A stretch of 64,000 nucleotides of DNA from Steroidobacteraceae bacterium (lineage in GTDB: Bacteria; Pseudomonadota; Gammaproteobacteria; Steroidobacterales; Steroidobacteraceae), in the NCBI GenBank assembly GCA_019187495.1, contig JABAQN010000009.1, forward strand, positions 34,934 to 98,933. Direction: 5' to 3'. The position numbers were made by a program, and so were the translations under genes. Below the pieces are notes generated by a model. It did no database searches. It was not told the DNA's origin and worked only from the letters and a program-made list of their open reading frames with translations. Each line of letters opens with the position of its first letter. Positions within the stretch are counted from its first letter, which is position 1. Below, piece after piece: positions 1 to 9,216 of this stretch.

Positions 1-1500
1 CATGCTGATGCCGTCGACACGCTGTTGAGGCGTGCCGTCGATGACAGCGGGCTGCGGCAGGCCCACCGCCTCGAGGATCGTCGGCGCGATGTCGATCACG
101 TGATGGAACTGCGAACGCAGGCCACGTTCCGCGATGTGCGCCGGCCAGGAAATCACGAGGCCGTTGCGCGTCCCGCCGAAATGCGAGGCGATCTGCTTGG
201 TCCACTTCAGGGGTGTGTTCATCGCCCACGCCCAGCCTGCGGCATAGTTCTCCACGGTGTTCGGCCCGCCCAGCTGGTCGAGCAACGCGAGCTGGTCGGC
301 CGCGGTCTCCACGACGCCGTTGGCGAACCCGCCCATCGGATTCGTGTTGCCGAACACATCGCCTTCGGCGGAGGCGCCGTTGTCGCCCTCGATGAAAAGA
401 ACCAGCGTGTTGTCGAGTACGCCCATGCGCGCGAGCTCATCGATGAGCCGGCCGAACTGATGGTCCTGGTACGCGAGCATGGCGGCATACACTTCCATCA
501 TGCGCGCCGTCGTGCGCTTGAGCCCGGGTGTAACTGTCTCCCATGCCGGAATGCCGGGAGGCCGGGCGGTGAGTTGCGTGTCGGCTGGTACGATGCCGAG
601 GTGTTTCTGCCGTGCGATGCTTTCCTCGCGCAGCCGATCCCAGCCCTGGTCGAACTGGCCCCTGAACTTCGCGATCCAGTCGCGCGGCGCCTGATGCGGC
701 GCATGCGTCGAGCCCGGCGCGTAATAGAGAAAGAATGGCTTTCCGGGCCCCGCCGCCTGCTGATCGTGCACCCAGCGAATGGCATCGTCGACGAGCGCCT
801 GGTCGAGCATCTCGCCCGGCGGCGCCGCCACGCGCGAAACTCCGCGATACAGCGCCGGCGTGAACTGGTTGGTCTCGGCGCCGACGAAGCCGTAGAAATA
901 CTCGAAGCCGAGACCCGTCGGCCACTGGTCGAACGGCCCGGCCACCGACGAGGCCCCTGCCTGCACGTTGTGATGCTTGCCGAACATCGCGGTGTTGTAA
1001 CCGTTCAGCTCGAGCACCCTGGCGATGGTCGCCGCGCTCTTCGGCAGGATGCCGGAATATCCGGGGTAGCCCGCCGCGAGATCGGTGACCACACCGCTCC
1101 CCACCGCATGATGATTGCGCCCGGTGAGGAGCGCCGCGCGGGTCGGCGAGCACATCGCGGTGGTGTGGAAGCGGTTGTACTTCAGGCCGTTCGCGGCAAG
1201 TCGATCGAGGTTCGGGGTCGGGATCGGACCGCCGAACGTGGACGAGGCTGCGAAGCCCACGTCATCGGTCATCACGAGCAGCACGTTCGGTGCGCCCGCC
1301 GGCGCGCGTACGGGTTGCGGAGCCGCTGGCTTCGAGTCCGCGTAAGTGCGCCCGATGGTGCCGGTGAACTGCGCCGCCGGTTTCGGCAGCACGACCTCCG
1401 CCGGAGTGGCGAGAGGCGCCTGCGCGCGAATGGGCGGAGCGATGAGAAATGCGATGAAGCCAGTGCCCAATATCCGCAGTGCATCCCAGGTCGTGCTCAT
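1..1500 (-). CDS. Cys-type (formylglycine) arylsulfatase, N-terminal ~500 codons; 3' end lies beyond window start
   Basis: Own minus-strand translation from ATG 1500..1498 gives MSTTWDALRILGTGFIAFLIAPPIRAQA (signal peptide), PNVLLVMTDDVGFAASSTFGG and MCSPTRAALLTGRNHH (C-x-P-x-R sulfatase signature). Spot checks at nt ~720-780 (IRWVHDQQAAGPGKPFFLYY) and nt 1-108 (FHHVIDIAPTILEAVGLPQP) stay in frame and align with the two full-length sulfatases below. It is absent from the ORF track because its stop is outside the window; 25..1674(+) is its antisense shadow. Confidence 0.9.
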   Translation of the reverse strand, partial: MSTTWDALRILGTGFIAFLIAPPIRAQAPLATPAEVVLPKPAAQFTGTIGRTYADSKPAAPQPVRAPAGAPNVLLVMTDDVGFAASSTFGGPIPTPNLDRLAANGLKYNRFHTTAMCSPTRAALLTGRNHHAVGSGVVTDLAAGYPGYSGILPKSAATIARVLELNGYNTAMFGKHHNVQAGASSVAGPFDQWPTGLGFEYFYGFVGAETNQFTPALYRGVSRVAAPPGEMLDQALVDDAIRWVHDQQAAGPGKPFFLYYAPGSTHAPHQAPRDWIAKFRGQFDQGWDRLREESIARQKHLGIVPADTQLTARPPGIPAWETVTPGLKRTTARMMEVYAAMLAYQDHQFGRLIDELARMGVLDNTLVLFIEGDNGASAEGDVFGNTNPMGGFANGVVETAADQLALLDQLGGPNTVENYAAGWAWAMNTPLKWTKQIASHFGGTRNGLVISWPAHIAERGLRSQFHHVIDIAPTILEAVGLPQPAVIDGTPQQRVDGISM

Positions 1501-1762
1501 GATCGTGCTACCACTTGCTGGCAATTGAAGTCCTCTTGGCCCCGGCAGCGATTCCTTCCGGCTTCGAAACCCGGTCACACCACGCTGCCGCCACGCGGTC
1601 GCGCGGCAGAAAAGGCGAGAAAATGGGGATTGGAGGAGGAAAGGAACCGAACACTACAGTATCAGGCTCCATGAAGGTGCGCCGTCAATGGAGTCAATAG
1701 CCCGAAAAAAACAACAATCACCCCGTCCAAACAATGGGTGATGCTGGATACACAGGCCAAGG

Positions 1763-2851
1763 TCACGTTGGCGGAATTGGTGCTGCATTCAGCTCTTTCT
1801 CACACAAGGTCTTTCGCGAGGCAGACGGCGAACGACCGGTCCATTTCCTGAAAGCCCGCGCAAAGTTCACACTATCACCAAAGCCGAGCCTCTGTGCTAT
1901 TTCGCCGAGCGGCATGGCATGATCTTGCAGCAAATCGAGCGCTAGTGAATGACGGCAGCGATTCTTCAGATCCTGCAAACTGGTGTGCTCGTTCAAGAGC
2001 CGGCGCTTTAGCGTTGCAGAGCTGATGCCAAGTTGCGCCGCGATCTGTTTCGTTGTTGGCAGGGCCACGTGGTGTGCGAGCGCCATACCGAGAATAACGC
2101 GCACGCGCTCCGAAGTCGGCAGCTGCGATGAGACTGTCATGGTCAGATCAAATGGAAACTCCTGCAGAAGATCATCCAACTCGGACGTGCTGCGCACCAC
2201 AGGCAAGCGGAGGAAGGAGGCTGGAAATCGCAGGAAATTGTCCGATCCTCGGTAGACAACGGGATGCGGCAACAACCACGCAACGACTTCGTCTCGCAAG
2301 AGCTGCCGGTAACAGACCTCGACACTGAGCGGAGCAAGTTCGGTGCCGATCAACCAGCCGAACAGGCGCGCATAGGTCGAGAGCCCTGTGAGATCCGAGA
2401 GAAGGGCGCTGGCATCACGTTCTTTATGGAACGTATGCATCCGAAATTTAGCACGCCCTGCCATGCACCGAAGCGAAAGCTCCCCAGCCCGACCACCGAG
2501 CATCCTGCAAAAATCGGCGGCACGCTGGATTGCCTGTTCAAGGGTACTGCAGCTGATGATGCAGTAGCAGAGCAAATCGACCTCTGCCTTGTTCATCGCC
2601 GGGCGGCCGGCCCGGCGGCCGATGTGAGCCTCGAGAGTTTGCGCGCAGTCCCGGAAGATGGCACAGATCTGCGCGTGCGATAACCGTCGCCGCAAATAAG
2701 CGAGCGAAAATGCGCCTGTCCTTGACTCGAGGCCCGCGCGTTCCAGAATTCCCTTGATATCACCCCCGACGTCGCGAACTCTCTCCAGGAGCTCGTGTAC
2801 GACTGCTGGTGGAATCGAACTTGAATTCAGCCTCGCGATGTACTTGCTCAT
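1763..2851 (-). CDS. AraC family transcriptional regulator
   Basis: 362-aa ORF with a C-terminal double HTH: TTKQIAAQLGISSATLKRRLLNEHTSLQDL ... LGEIAQRLGFGDSVNFARAFRKWTGRSPSASRK. It lies directly upstream of, and co-directional with, the partial sulfatase. Confidence 0.9.
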   Translation of the reverse strand: MSKYIARLNSSSIPPAVVHELLERVRDVGGDIKGILERAGLESRTGAFSLAYLRRRLSHAQICAIFRDCAQTLEAHIGRRAGRPAMNKAEVDLLCYCIISCSTLEQAIQRAADFCRMLGGRAGELSLRCMAGRAKFRMHTFHKERDASALLSDLTGLSTYARLFGWLIGTELAPLSVEVCYRQLLRDEVVAWLLPHPVVYRGSDNFLRFPASFLRLPVVRSTSELDDLLQEFPFDLTMTVSSQLPTSERVRVILGMALAHHVALPTTKQIAAQLGISSATLKRRLLNEHTSLQDLKNRCRHSLALDLLQDHAMPLGEIAQRLGFGDSVNFARAFRKWTGRSPSASRKTLCEKELNAAPIPPT

Positions 2852-2879
2852 CGACGCTGGGGCATTCCATTGCCTGAGC

Positions 2880-4203
2880 CTAGCAGGCCGCTGAAAAAGT
2901 CAGGAACTTGAGCGTGCGGGGGCTGCCCAAAGGCAAGCGAGCGAAACGACGGACAAGCTGATGCGTGGACATGTGAATCCCCAATCGAAGATGTTCAGTT
3001 ACTTTTCGCCGGACGATCGGGTACCAGCGCGGCATCCGCTGCGCTCGATCAAGAGCTACACGGATGCGGCGCTGAAGGCGATCCGCCCGACGCTTGATGG
3101 GATGTACAGCGACATGGGCCGTCCGTCGATTCCGCCGGAACGGCTGCTCAAGGCACAGTTGCTGATTGCGTTGTACTCGGTGCGCAGCGATCGATTGTTT
3201 TGCGAGACGCTCGATTACAACATCCTGTTTCGCTGGTTTCTCGACATGAGTCTGGAGGAGCCGGCGTTTGACGCCTCGACGTTCAGCAAGAATCGCGAGC
3301 GACTGGCCCGCGAGGAAGTCGCGTTGAAGTTCTTCGATGCGGTGGTGCGCCAGGCACGTCGACTCGAGCTGCTGTCCGACGAGCACTTCAGTGTTGATGG
3401 CACCCTGATCGAGGCGTGGGCCTCGATGAAGTCGTTTCGGCCGAAGGACGGCGGTGGCTCGGGCCCGGACGCCGGGGGTGATCGGGATTTCAAGGGTGAG
3501 CGGCGGCGCAATGACACGCACGCCAGTACGAGCGACCCGGAGGCCAAGCTGTTGCGCAAGGCGGCCGGCAAGGAAGCCAAACTGTGCTTTGCGGGTCACG
3601 GCCTGATGGATAACCGCCACGGTCTGATGACCGACGTGGCGCTGACCGTCTCGGTCGAGGTGACCGAGCCGCAGGCCGCGCTGGCGATGATCACGCGGCA
3701 ACGCCGCAAGCATCTGCGCCCGAAGAGTGTCGGCGGCGACAAGGGCTATCACACCCAGCAGTTCGTCACCGGGCTGCGCGAGCACGGCACCGCGGCCCAC
3801 GTGGCGTTCATGGAAGCGCGCAATGTCGGTCTCGGTGAAGGTGTGCGCGAGAGCGCCGGCTACCGGGCCAGCCAGATCGTGCGCAAGCGCATCGAGCAGT
3901 TCTGGGGTTGGGGCAAGACCGTCGGCGGGCTGCGCAAGACCCGCTTGCGCGGCGTGCGGCGCAACGCACCCCTGCTCGCGCTGAACGGTGCCGCTTACAA
4001 TCTGCTGCGGATCAGCCGGCTGTGCCCTGCTACAGGATAGGAGTCTCTGCGGTGCACGCTGACCGCTCGAATGACGAGAATCACCATGCCGAACGGGTCG
4101 CGATGAGGGCGATCGCCGTCGAATCCACCAAGGCGAATTGAGCGAGCTACACGTCGAAGGGCGAATCATGATCGAAATATCGGCTTTTTCAGCAGCCTGC
4201 TAG
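2880..4203 (+). mobile_element. Intact IS5-superfamily insertion sequence (~1.3 kb) with terminal inverted repeats and CTAG at both junctions
   Basis: Left end is CTAG-CAGGCCGCTGAAAAAGTC (2880..). The reverse complement of the right end is CTAG-CAGGCTGCTGAAAAAGCC (..4203). This is about 22 nt of inverted repeat with 2 mismatches, enclosing a single transposase ORF. CTAG at 2880-2883 and 4200-4203 fits the YTAR 4-bp target duplication of IS5-type elements, but because it is palindromic it could instead be the outermost IR bases. Confidence 0.85.
2961..4040 (+). CDS. IS5/IS1182-like DDE transposase
   Basis: 359-aa ORF. The N-terminal InsH-like region reads RPSIPPERLLKAQLLIALYSVRSDRLFCETLDYNILFRWFLDM. 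Candidate DDE residues lie in SVDGTLIEA, GGDKGYH and RKRIEQFWGWGK. Confidence 0.9.
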   Translation: MRGHVNPQSKMFSYFSPDDRVPARHPLRSIKSYTDAALKAIRPTLDGMYSDMGRPSIPPERLLKAQLLIALYSVRSDRLFCETLDYNILFRWFLDMSLEEPAFDASTFSKNRERLAREEVALKFFDAVVRQARRLELLSDEHFSVDGTLIEAWASMKSFRPKDGGGSGPDAGGDRDFKGERRRNDTHASTSDPEAKLLRKAAGKEAKLCFAGHGLMDNRHGLMTDVALTVSVEVTEPQAALAMITRQRRKHLRPKSVGGDKGYHTQQFVTGLREHGTAAHVAFMEARNVGLGEGVRESAGYRASQIVRKRIEQFWGWGKTVGGLRKTRLRGVRRNAPLLALNGAAYNLLRISRLCPATG

Positions 4204-4365
4204 GAAGTGGAGCGAACCCGTGGTCGAATCTGAAGTTTTCTAAAGGCCAAATTTCATCACCCTGCGCATCGACCTACGGCAATTGGACTTTGATAGGTCT
4301 ATTCATCGTGATGGATACCACATCATTTAAATGCATCGGCGCGGTCCATTACAATGCCCAATGTT

Positions 4366-4380
4366 TTGTGCAATGCACAA
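4366..4380. promoter_or_regulatory. Perfect 7-1-7 palindrome TTGTGCA-A-TGCACAA in a low-GC spacer; candidate regulator-binding site
   Basis: Read directly from the sequence. It lies in the AT-richer non-coding stretch 4204-4546, between the IS right end and the sulfatase stop. Before the IS insertion this stretch was the upstream region of the AraC gene. Confidence 0.2.
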
Positions 4381-4546
4381 GCGGGCTGCGAAAAACGGCC
4401 GAAGCACCGCTGCGCCACATATCACCTCCTTGGTGCGCAGGCCACTAAAGAGCCCGTCCATTTCGGACACAGTAGCGGGTTTCAATTCCAGTATGTACCG
4501 CCCGCCGAGGCGATGAATGTGCTTCTGGGAGACGTATTATTATTTA

Positions 4547-6811
4547 TTACTGCAGCGAGATACGTATGTCCTCGACAATGCCTTCAAAACGGGCGGGCGC
4601 CACATAGTGAATGCTCACTGGCGAACCACGATCGGCGCCGATGTCAAAGGTGTCTATAGGAGACGGAATGCCGACCCGGCGCAATCGCCCCTCACCACTG
4701 GCTTTGCCATCAATGAATAAGCGAACTATACCGCTGCCCCAACGCTGGGAATCCGTGCGCTGCAGCTCGAAACCCACCTCGATACTTCCTAAAGGCAGCA
4801 AAGATTCGCTTCGAATCACCTTGGTCTCCATGCCAAAGAAGTTGTGCTCATAAACGAGGAAGCCGTTCTCCACGTAAAGTACAAAACCGCCGTATCGACC
4901 ACCGTCAGCAATAATCACCCCCGACGTACCCACATCCGGCACAACCACTCGGGCGCTGACGCGGTGACTACCATTCAGTTTTGGTACAGCTGATACGACA
5001 GGCATGCGCGGCATGTCTCCGGGATAGACAAACTCCTTACGATTTCCGGCCACAGTGGGTTGTGCGTAAACGCTGGTGAACGTGCCCATCGTCGGATTCT
5101 GCAGTGGATAGACGTGATTGCGCCTCGCTTCGCGATCGAACAACTGCTTCAGATCGCGCAACTTCTCCGGATACTGCTTAGCGAGATCTCGCGCTTGACT
5201 GAAATCCTCTTCGACGTGATATAGCTCCCATCGATCACTGTCGAACCTCTCACCGGGTGGCGCAAAATCACCCAGAATCCAGTAGTGTGTCGCACCGGCC
5301 ATCCATCCATTCTGGTAGATGGCACGGTTGCCAGCAATTTCGAAATATTGCGAGCGGGGCGGATTCGATGGGGTGCTATGGACGAAGCTACCCGCGAAAC
5401 TGCGGCCTTCGATGGGCACCTGATTAGCGCCATCCACGACCTCCGACATTTCGATACCGAGTACATCGTAGATAGTAGGCGCGATATCAATGACATGCGT
5501 GAAGACAGTGCGCAGACTGCCTGGATCCTTGATGCCTTTAGGCCAAAAAACCACAAGCGGATTGCGTGTGCCGCCGAAATGCGCCGCATCGGTCTTGACA
5601 CCTTGGAATGGTGTACTTAATGCGTACGCCCATGCGGTTGCCATGTGATTGTCCAAGGCCGGGCCACCGAGCGCATCGATATGACCCATTTGATCCACTA
5701 GCTCAGTGGGAATGCCCGCGAATCTCGCGATATTTTCATCGGAGCCCTCAGTACCGCCTTCTGCGCTGGGGCCGTTGTCACCCACGATATAAAAAATAAG
5801 TGTGTTGTCACCTCTCGGTCCGCTTCTTACTGCACTTAGCACGCGCCCGACTTCAAAGTCGGTCTGCTCGAGAAACGCGGCGTAGACCTCCATCTGGCGC
5901 GCGTACAGTCGCTTCTGGTCGCCAGTGAGGCTGTTCCACGCCGCAAGCTTCTTCGGCAGAGGATTAAGCACGGCATCGGCAGGAATAACACCCAGCCTCT
6001 TCTGCCGTTCGAAGATGTCGGCGCGCATCTGATCCCAGCCCTCGTCGAACTTGCCTCTGTAGCGCTCGATCCACGCCGCAGAGACATGGTGCGGAGCGTG
6101 CGTTGCGCCCGGCGCGAAGTAGAGAAAATAGGGCTGCGTCAGCGCAGACTGCGCATTCAACCATCTTATTGCGTCATTGGCGATGTCCGTGGTCATGTGA
6201 TAGTACGGCGCAGGCGAGTGCTCCACTGGTGTAGTGTTGCGGTACATGGCCGGCTCCCACATGCTGCTTTCTCCTCCCATGAATCCATAGAAGTAGTCGA
6301 AGCCCAGGCCTGCCGGCCAGCGATCGAATGGTCCAGCCGGACTGATTTCCCAAAGAGGTGTGTTGTGCCATTTTCCGAACGCAGCTGTTCTGTAACCGTG
6401 CCGCCGCAACATCTCCGGCAGAGTCGCTACACTCTTAGGCCAGAAGGTGTTATAGCCGAGGCCGCCGCCAGAAATTTCGGTGACGGTGCCGAAGCCCACC
6501 TGATGATGATTGCGACCGGAAAGCAACGCCGCGCGTGTAGGCGAACAAAGGCCGGTAGTATGGAAGCGATTGTATCGCAGGCCTTCGTCAGCCAGCCGAT
6601 TCAATGTCGGCGTAGCAATCGGGCCTCCGAAAGTGCTGCTGGCACCGAACCCGACATCATCCAATAGCACCACCACGATGTTCGGTGCATCGGCCGGCGC
6701 CTGCGGCGCCGTTACCCATGCCGCCTCGACCCGAGATACTGCAGAAGCAAGACACATCCCGGCTAACGTCACGACGAAGCTGCCAAGTCGCAAAGAACTG
6801 ATGGTGCTCAT
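4547..6811 (-). CDS. Cys-type arylsulfatase with signal peptide and ~200-aa C-terminal extension
   Basis: 754-aa ORF with N-terminal hydrophobic signal MSTISSLRLGSFVVTLAGMCLASAVSRVEA, then PNIVVVLLDDVGFGASSTFGG and LCSPTRAALLSGRNHH. Confidence 0.93.
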   Translation of the reverse strand: MSTISSLRLGSFVVTLAGMCLASAVSRVEAAWVTAPQAPADAPNIVVVLLDDVGFGASSTFGGPIATPTLNRLADEGLRYNRFHTTGLCSPTRAALLSGRNHHQVGFGTVTEISGGGLGYNTFWPKSVATLPEMLRRHGYRTAAFGKWHNTPLWEISPAGPFDRWPAGLGFDYFYGFMGGESSMWEPAMYRNTTPVEHSPAPYYHMTTDIANDAIRWLNAQSALTQPYFLYFAPGATHAPHHVSAAWIERYRGKFDEGWDQMRADIFERQKRLGVIPADAVLNPLPKKLAAWNSLTGDQKRLYARQMEVYAAFLEQTDFEVGRVLSAVRSGPRGDNTLIFYIVGDNGPSAEGGTEGSDENIARFAGIPTELVDQMGHIDALGGPALDNHMATAWAYALSTPFQGVKTDAAHFGGTRNPLVVFWPKGIKDPGSLRTVFTHVIDIAPTIYDVLGIEMSEVVDGANQVPIEGRSFAGSFVHSTPSNPPRSQYFEIAGNRAIYQNGWMAGATHYWILGDFAPPGERFDSDRWELYHVEEDFSQARDLAKQYPEKLRDLKQLFDREARRNHVYPLQNPTMGTFTSVYAQPTVAGNRKEFVYPGDMPRMPVVSAVPKLNGSHRVSARVVVPDVGTSGVIIADGGRYGGFVLYVENGFLVYEHNFFGMETKVIRSESLLPLGSIEVGFELQRTDSQRWGSGIVRLFIDGKASGEGRLRRVGIPSPIDTFDIGADRGSPVSIHYVAPARFEGIVEDIRISLQ

Positions 6812-6867
6812 TCATGTCCCTCCTGCATGCGCTTTCAGCTCTGGTTATCGGACTTCCCACGACAAGC

Positions 6868-9189
6868 CTACTTCAGCGTAACACGCACCCCCTCGAGCTC
6901 CCCGGTGAAGGGAAAGGCTCCCTCGATGGAGTCACTGATCCGCCCCGGTGGCGACCGACCAATCGTGAACAAGTCGAACTCATTGGTGAACAGCGGAGCT
7001 TCGAAGTACTCGAGCCTGGCCTGGGCGACCAGCTCACCATTGACATACAGGCTGCCTATTCCACCACCAGCTTTAGGGTTCGCATCGTACTCATAACTCA
7101 CCTGTACACGGCCTTCCGGTAGCCGCTCCGATGCGCGAATGATCTGATGACGGCGCGCCCGGTAATTGTGTTCATACACCAGATAGCCATCCCGGACGTA
7201 CAACACGAATCCACCCAGATTCCCGCCATTCGCGACAATCGTGCCTCGTACATCCCTTCGATTCACCGTCAGGTCTGCGGTGATGCGATGCGAACGATTG
7301 AAGTCCGGCCCCTCCATCGAAGGCATACCCGGAAAATTCGCAGCAAACACGAGTTCATCATGACCATCGAGCAATCGTGGCTGTTCCCCGCCAAACCCGT
7401 TCCTGGCGAAGGAGTTGTTCAGAGGAAAAATATTGTTTGCTCGCGCCTCTCGCTCGAAAAGCGCCCGCAGTCGTTGCAATTTTTCCGGGTACCTTGCAGC
7501 GAGATCCTCGGTCTGGCTGAAATCATCCTTCAAATTGTAAAGTTCCCAACGATCCTTCGAGAAATCCTCCTCGCGCCGAAACTCCCAAGGCACTGCATGC
7601 ATGGCGCCTGCCCACCAACCATCGTGATAGATCGCACGACTACCCATTTGCTCGAAAATCTGCAACTGATGGCGCGAAGGAGCCTCCCGCTGGGTAAAGG
7701 TATATGCGAAACTCACACCATCCATCGGCAACTGCTCAACTCCATTGACAATCTTCGGAGCCTCGATACCGACTACCTCATAAAGTGTCGATGCGACATC
7801 GTTCACGTGCGTGAACTGCTGCCTCAACCCGCCATGCTCAGGAATCTTCGCCGGCCACGACACAATCAAGGGCGATGATGTCCCCCCCAAGTGTGACGCG
7901 ACCTGCTTCATCCACTTGAAGGGCGAGGACATCGCCCATGCCCAGCCGGCCGAATACTGTGCGGCCAACTGCGGACGACCCAGCTCTTCCAGAAGTTTCA
8001 CACGCTCGCTGATTGGTACCGGAGTCGTGCCGATCGGTGCAAGATCGCGCCCCCCAATTCCGCCTTCGCCGCTCGCACCATTATCACTGACGATGTAGAG
8101 AATGAGCGTGTTTTCACCTCCAGGGCTTGTACGTATGGCATCGATGAGCCGTCCCACCTCGTGGTCAGTGAACGCCAGAAAGGCTGCGAACACCTCCATT
8201 TGGCGCGCAAACAGCTTTTTTTCGTCCTCCGTGAGCGAACTCCAGGCGGGAATCTCCGGCGGTCGCGGCGTGAGCCTGGCGTCGCTCGGAATAAACCCGA
8301 GCTTCTTCTGGCGATCGAAGATGCGCTCACGCATCTGATCCCAACCGCCATCGAAGCGGTGTCGATACGTGTCAATCCAGTCCATCGGTGGCTGATGTGG
8401 CTCGTGGGTCGCGCCTGGTGCGTAGTAGACGAACCATGGCTTCCCCGGTGAGAGCGCACGCTGCGTGTCGAGCCATGCGATCGCCTGATCGGTAAGATCG
8501 CTGCCAAGGTTATAGTTTCCAGCTGCTGCGCGCGGCGGTTCGATTAGAGTCGTATTTCGCCAGAGCACCGGATCGAAGTGATCCATTGCTCCCGCCATGA
8601 AGCCATAAAAATACTCAAACCCGAGTCCCGTGGGCCAACGTGTAAAGGGGCCCGCGGGACTCACTTCCCAATACGGCGTGTTGTGCCATTTGCCGAACGC
8701 CGCGGTGCTATACCCATGCAGTTTCAGCACCTCGGCGATTGACGCCGCGCTTTTCGGCCAAACAGCGTTATAGCCAGGAAAGCGGCTCGCAGATTCGCTC
8801 ACCGTACCGAAGCCGACGCGATGATCATTGCGCCCCGTCAGAAGGCTGGCACGCGTCGGTGAGCAGAGCGCGGAAACGTGGAAATTGTTGTACCGCAGCC
8901 CACCGGCTGCAAGGGCATCCATACCTGGCGTCGCCACAGGACCGCCAAAAGTGCTTGCGGCGGCATAACCGACATCATCGAGTAGCACGACGAGGATGTT
9001 CGGCGCACCCTTTGGCGCCACCGTGGCTCCTGGCCACGCGTCCTTCGGCCCCGCAACTGCCATACGGTCCTGCGCTGCGACTCTCTCGTGCACGACGTCG
9101 ACGTCCCCGGCGTGGGCGCCCATTAGGCAAGACAGTCCCCAGAAGATGCCTCCCAAGGAAACAAGGTTTCGATACTTGGACATGATCAA
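6868..9189 (-). CDS. Cys-type arylsulfatase with signal peptide (paralogue)
   Basis: 773-aa ORF with PNILVVLLDDVGYAAASTFGG and LCSPTRASLLTGRNDH. The architecture matches 4547..6811. Confidence 0.93.
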   Translation of the reverse strand: MIMSKYRNLVSLGGIFWGLSCLMGAHAGDVDVVHERVAAQDRMAVAGPKDAWPGATVAPKGAPNILVVLLDDVGYAAASTFGGPVATPGMDALAAGGLRYNNFHVSALCSPTRASLLTGRNDHRVGFGTVSESASRFPGYNAVWPKSAASIAEVLKLHGYSTAAFGKWHNTPYWEVSPAGPFTRWPTGLGFEYFYGFMAGAMDHFDPVLWRNTTLIEPPRAAAGNYNLGSDLTDQAIAWLDTQRALSPGKPWFVYYAPGATHEPHQPPMDWIDTYRHRFDGGWDQMRERIFDRQKKLGFIPSDARLTPRPPEIPAWSSLTEDEKKLFARQMEVFAAFLAFTDHEVGRLIDAIRTSPGGENTLILYIVSDNGASGEGGIGGRDLAPIGTTPVPISERVKLLEELGRPQLAAQYSAGWAWAMSSPFKWMKQVASHLGGTSSPLIVSWPAKIPEHGGLRQQFTHVNDVASTLYEVVGIEAPKIVNGVEQLPMDGVSFAYTFTQREAPSRHQLQIFEQMGSRAIYHDGWWAGAMHAVPWEFRREEDFSKDRWELYNLKDDFSQTEDLAARYPEKLQRLRALFEREARANNIFPLNNSFARNGFGGEQPRLLDGHDELVFAANFPGMPSMEGPDFNRSHRITADLTVNRRDVRGTIVANGGNLGGFVLYVRDGYLVYEHNYRARRHQIIRASERLPEGRVQVSYEYDANPKAGGGIGSLYVNGELVAQARLEYFEAPLFTNEFDLFTIGRSPPGRISDSIEGAFPFTGELEGVRVTLK

Positions 9190-9216
9190 TGCTCTTTTGG
9201 ATCCAGTCCCTGACCT

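Noticed and set aside
25-1674. 549-aa plus-strand ORF covering the start of the window
   Set aside because: It has an Arg/Ala/Gly/Pro-rich, low-complexity composition and no family signature. It lies exactly antisense to a well-supported sulfatase frame, so it is a typical high-GC shadow ORF.
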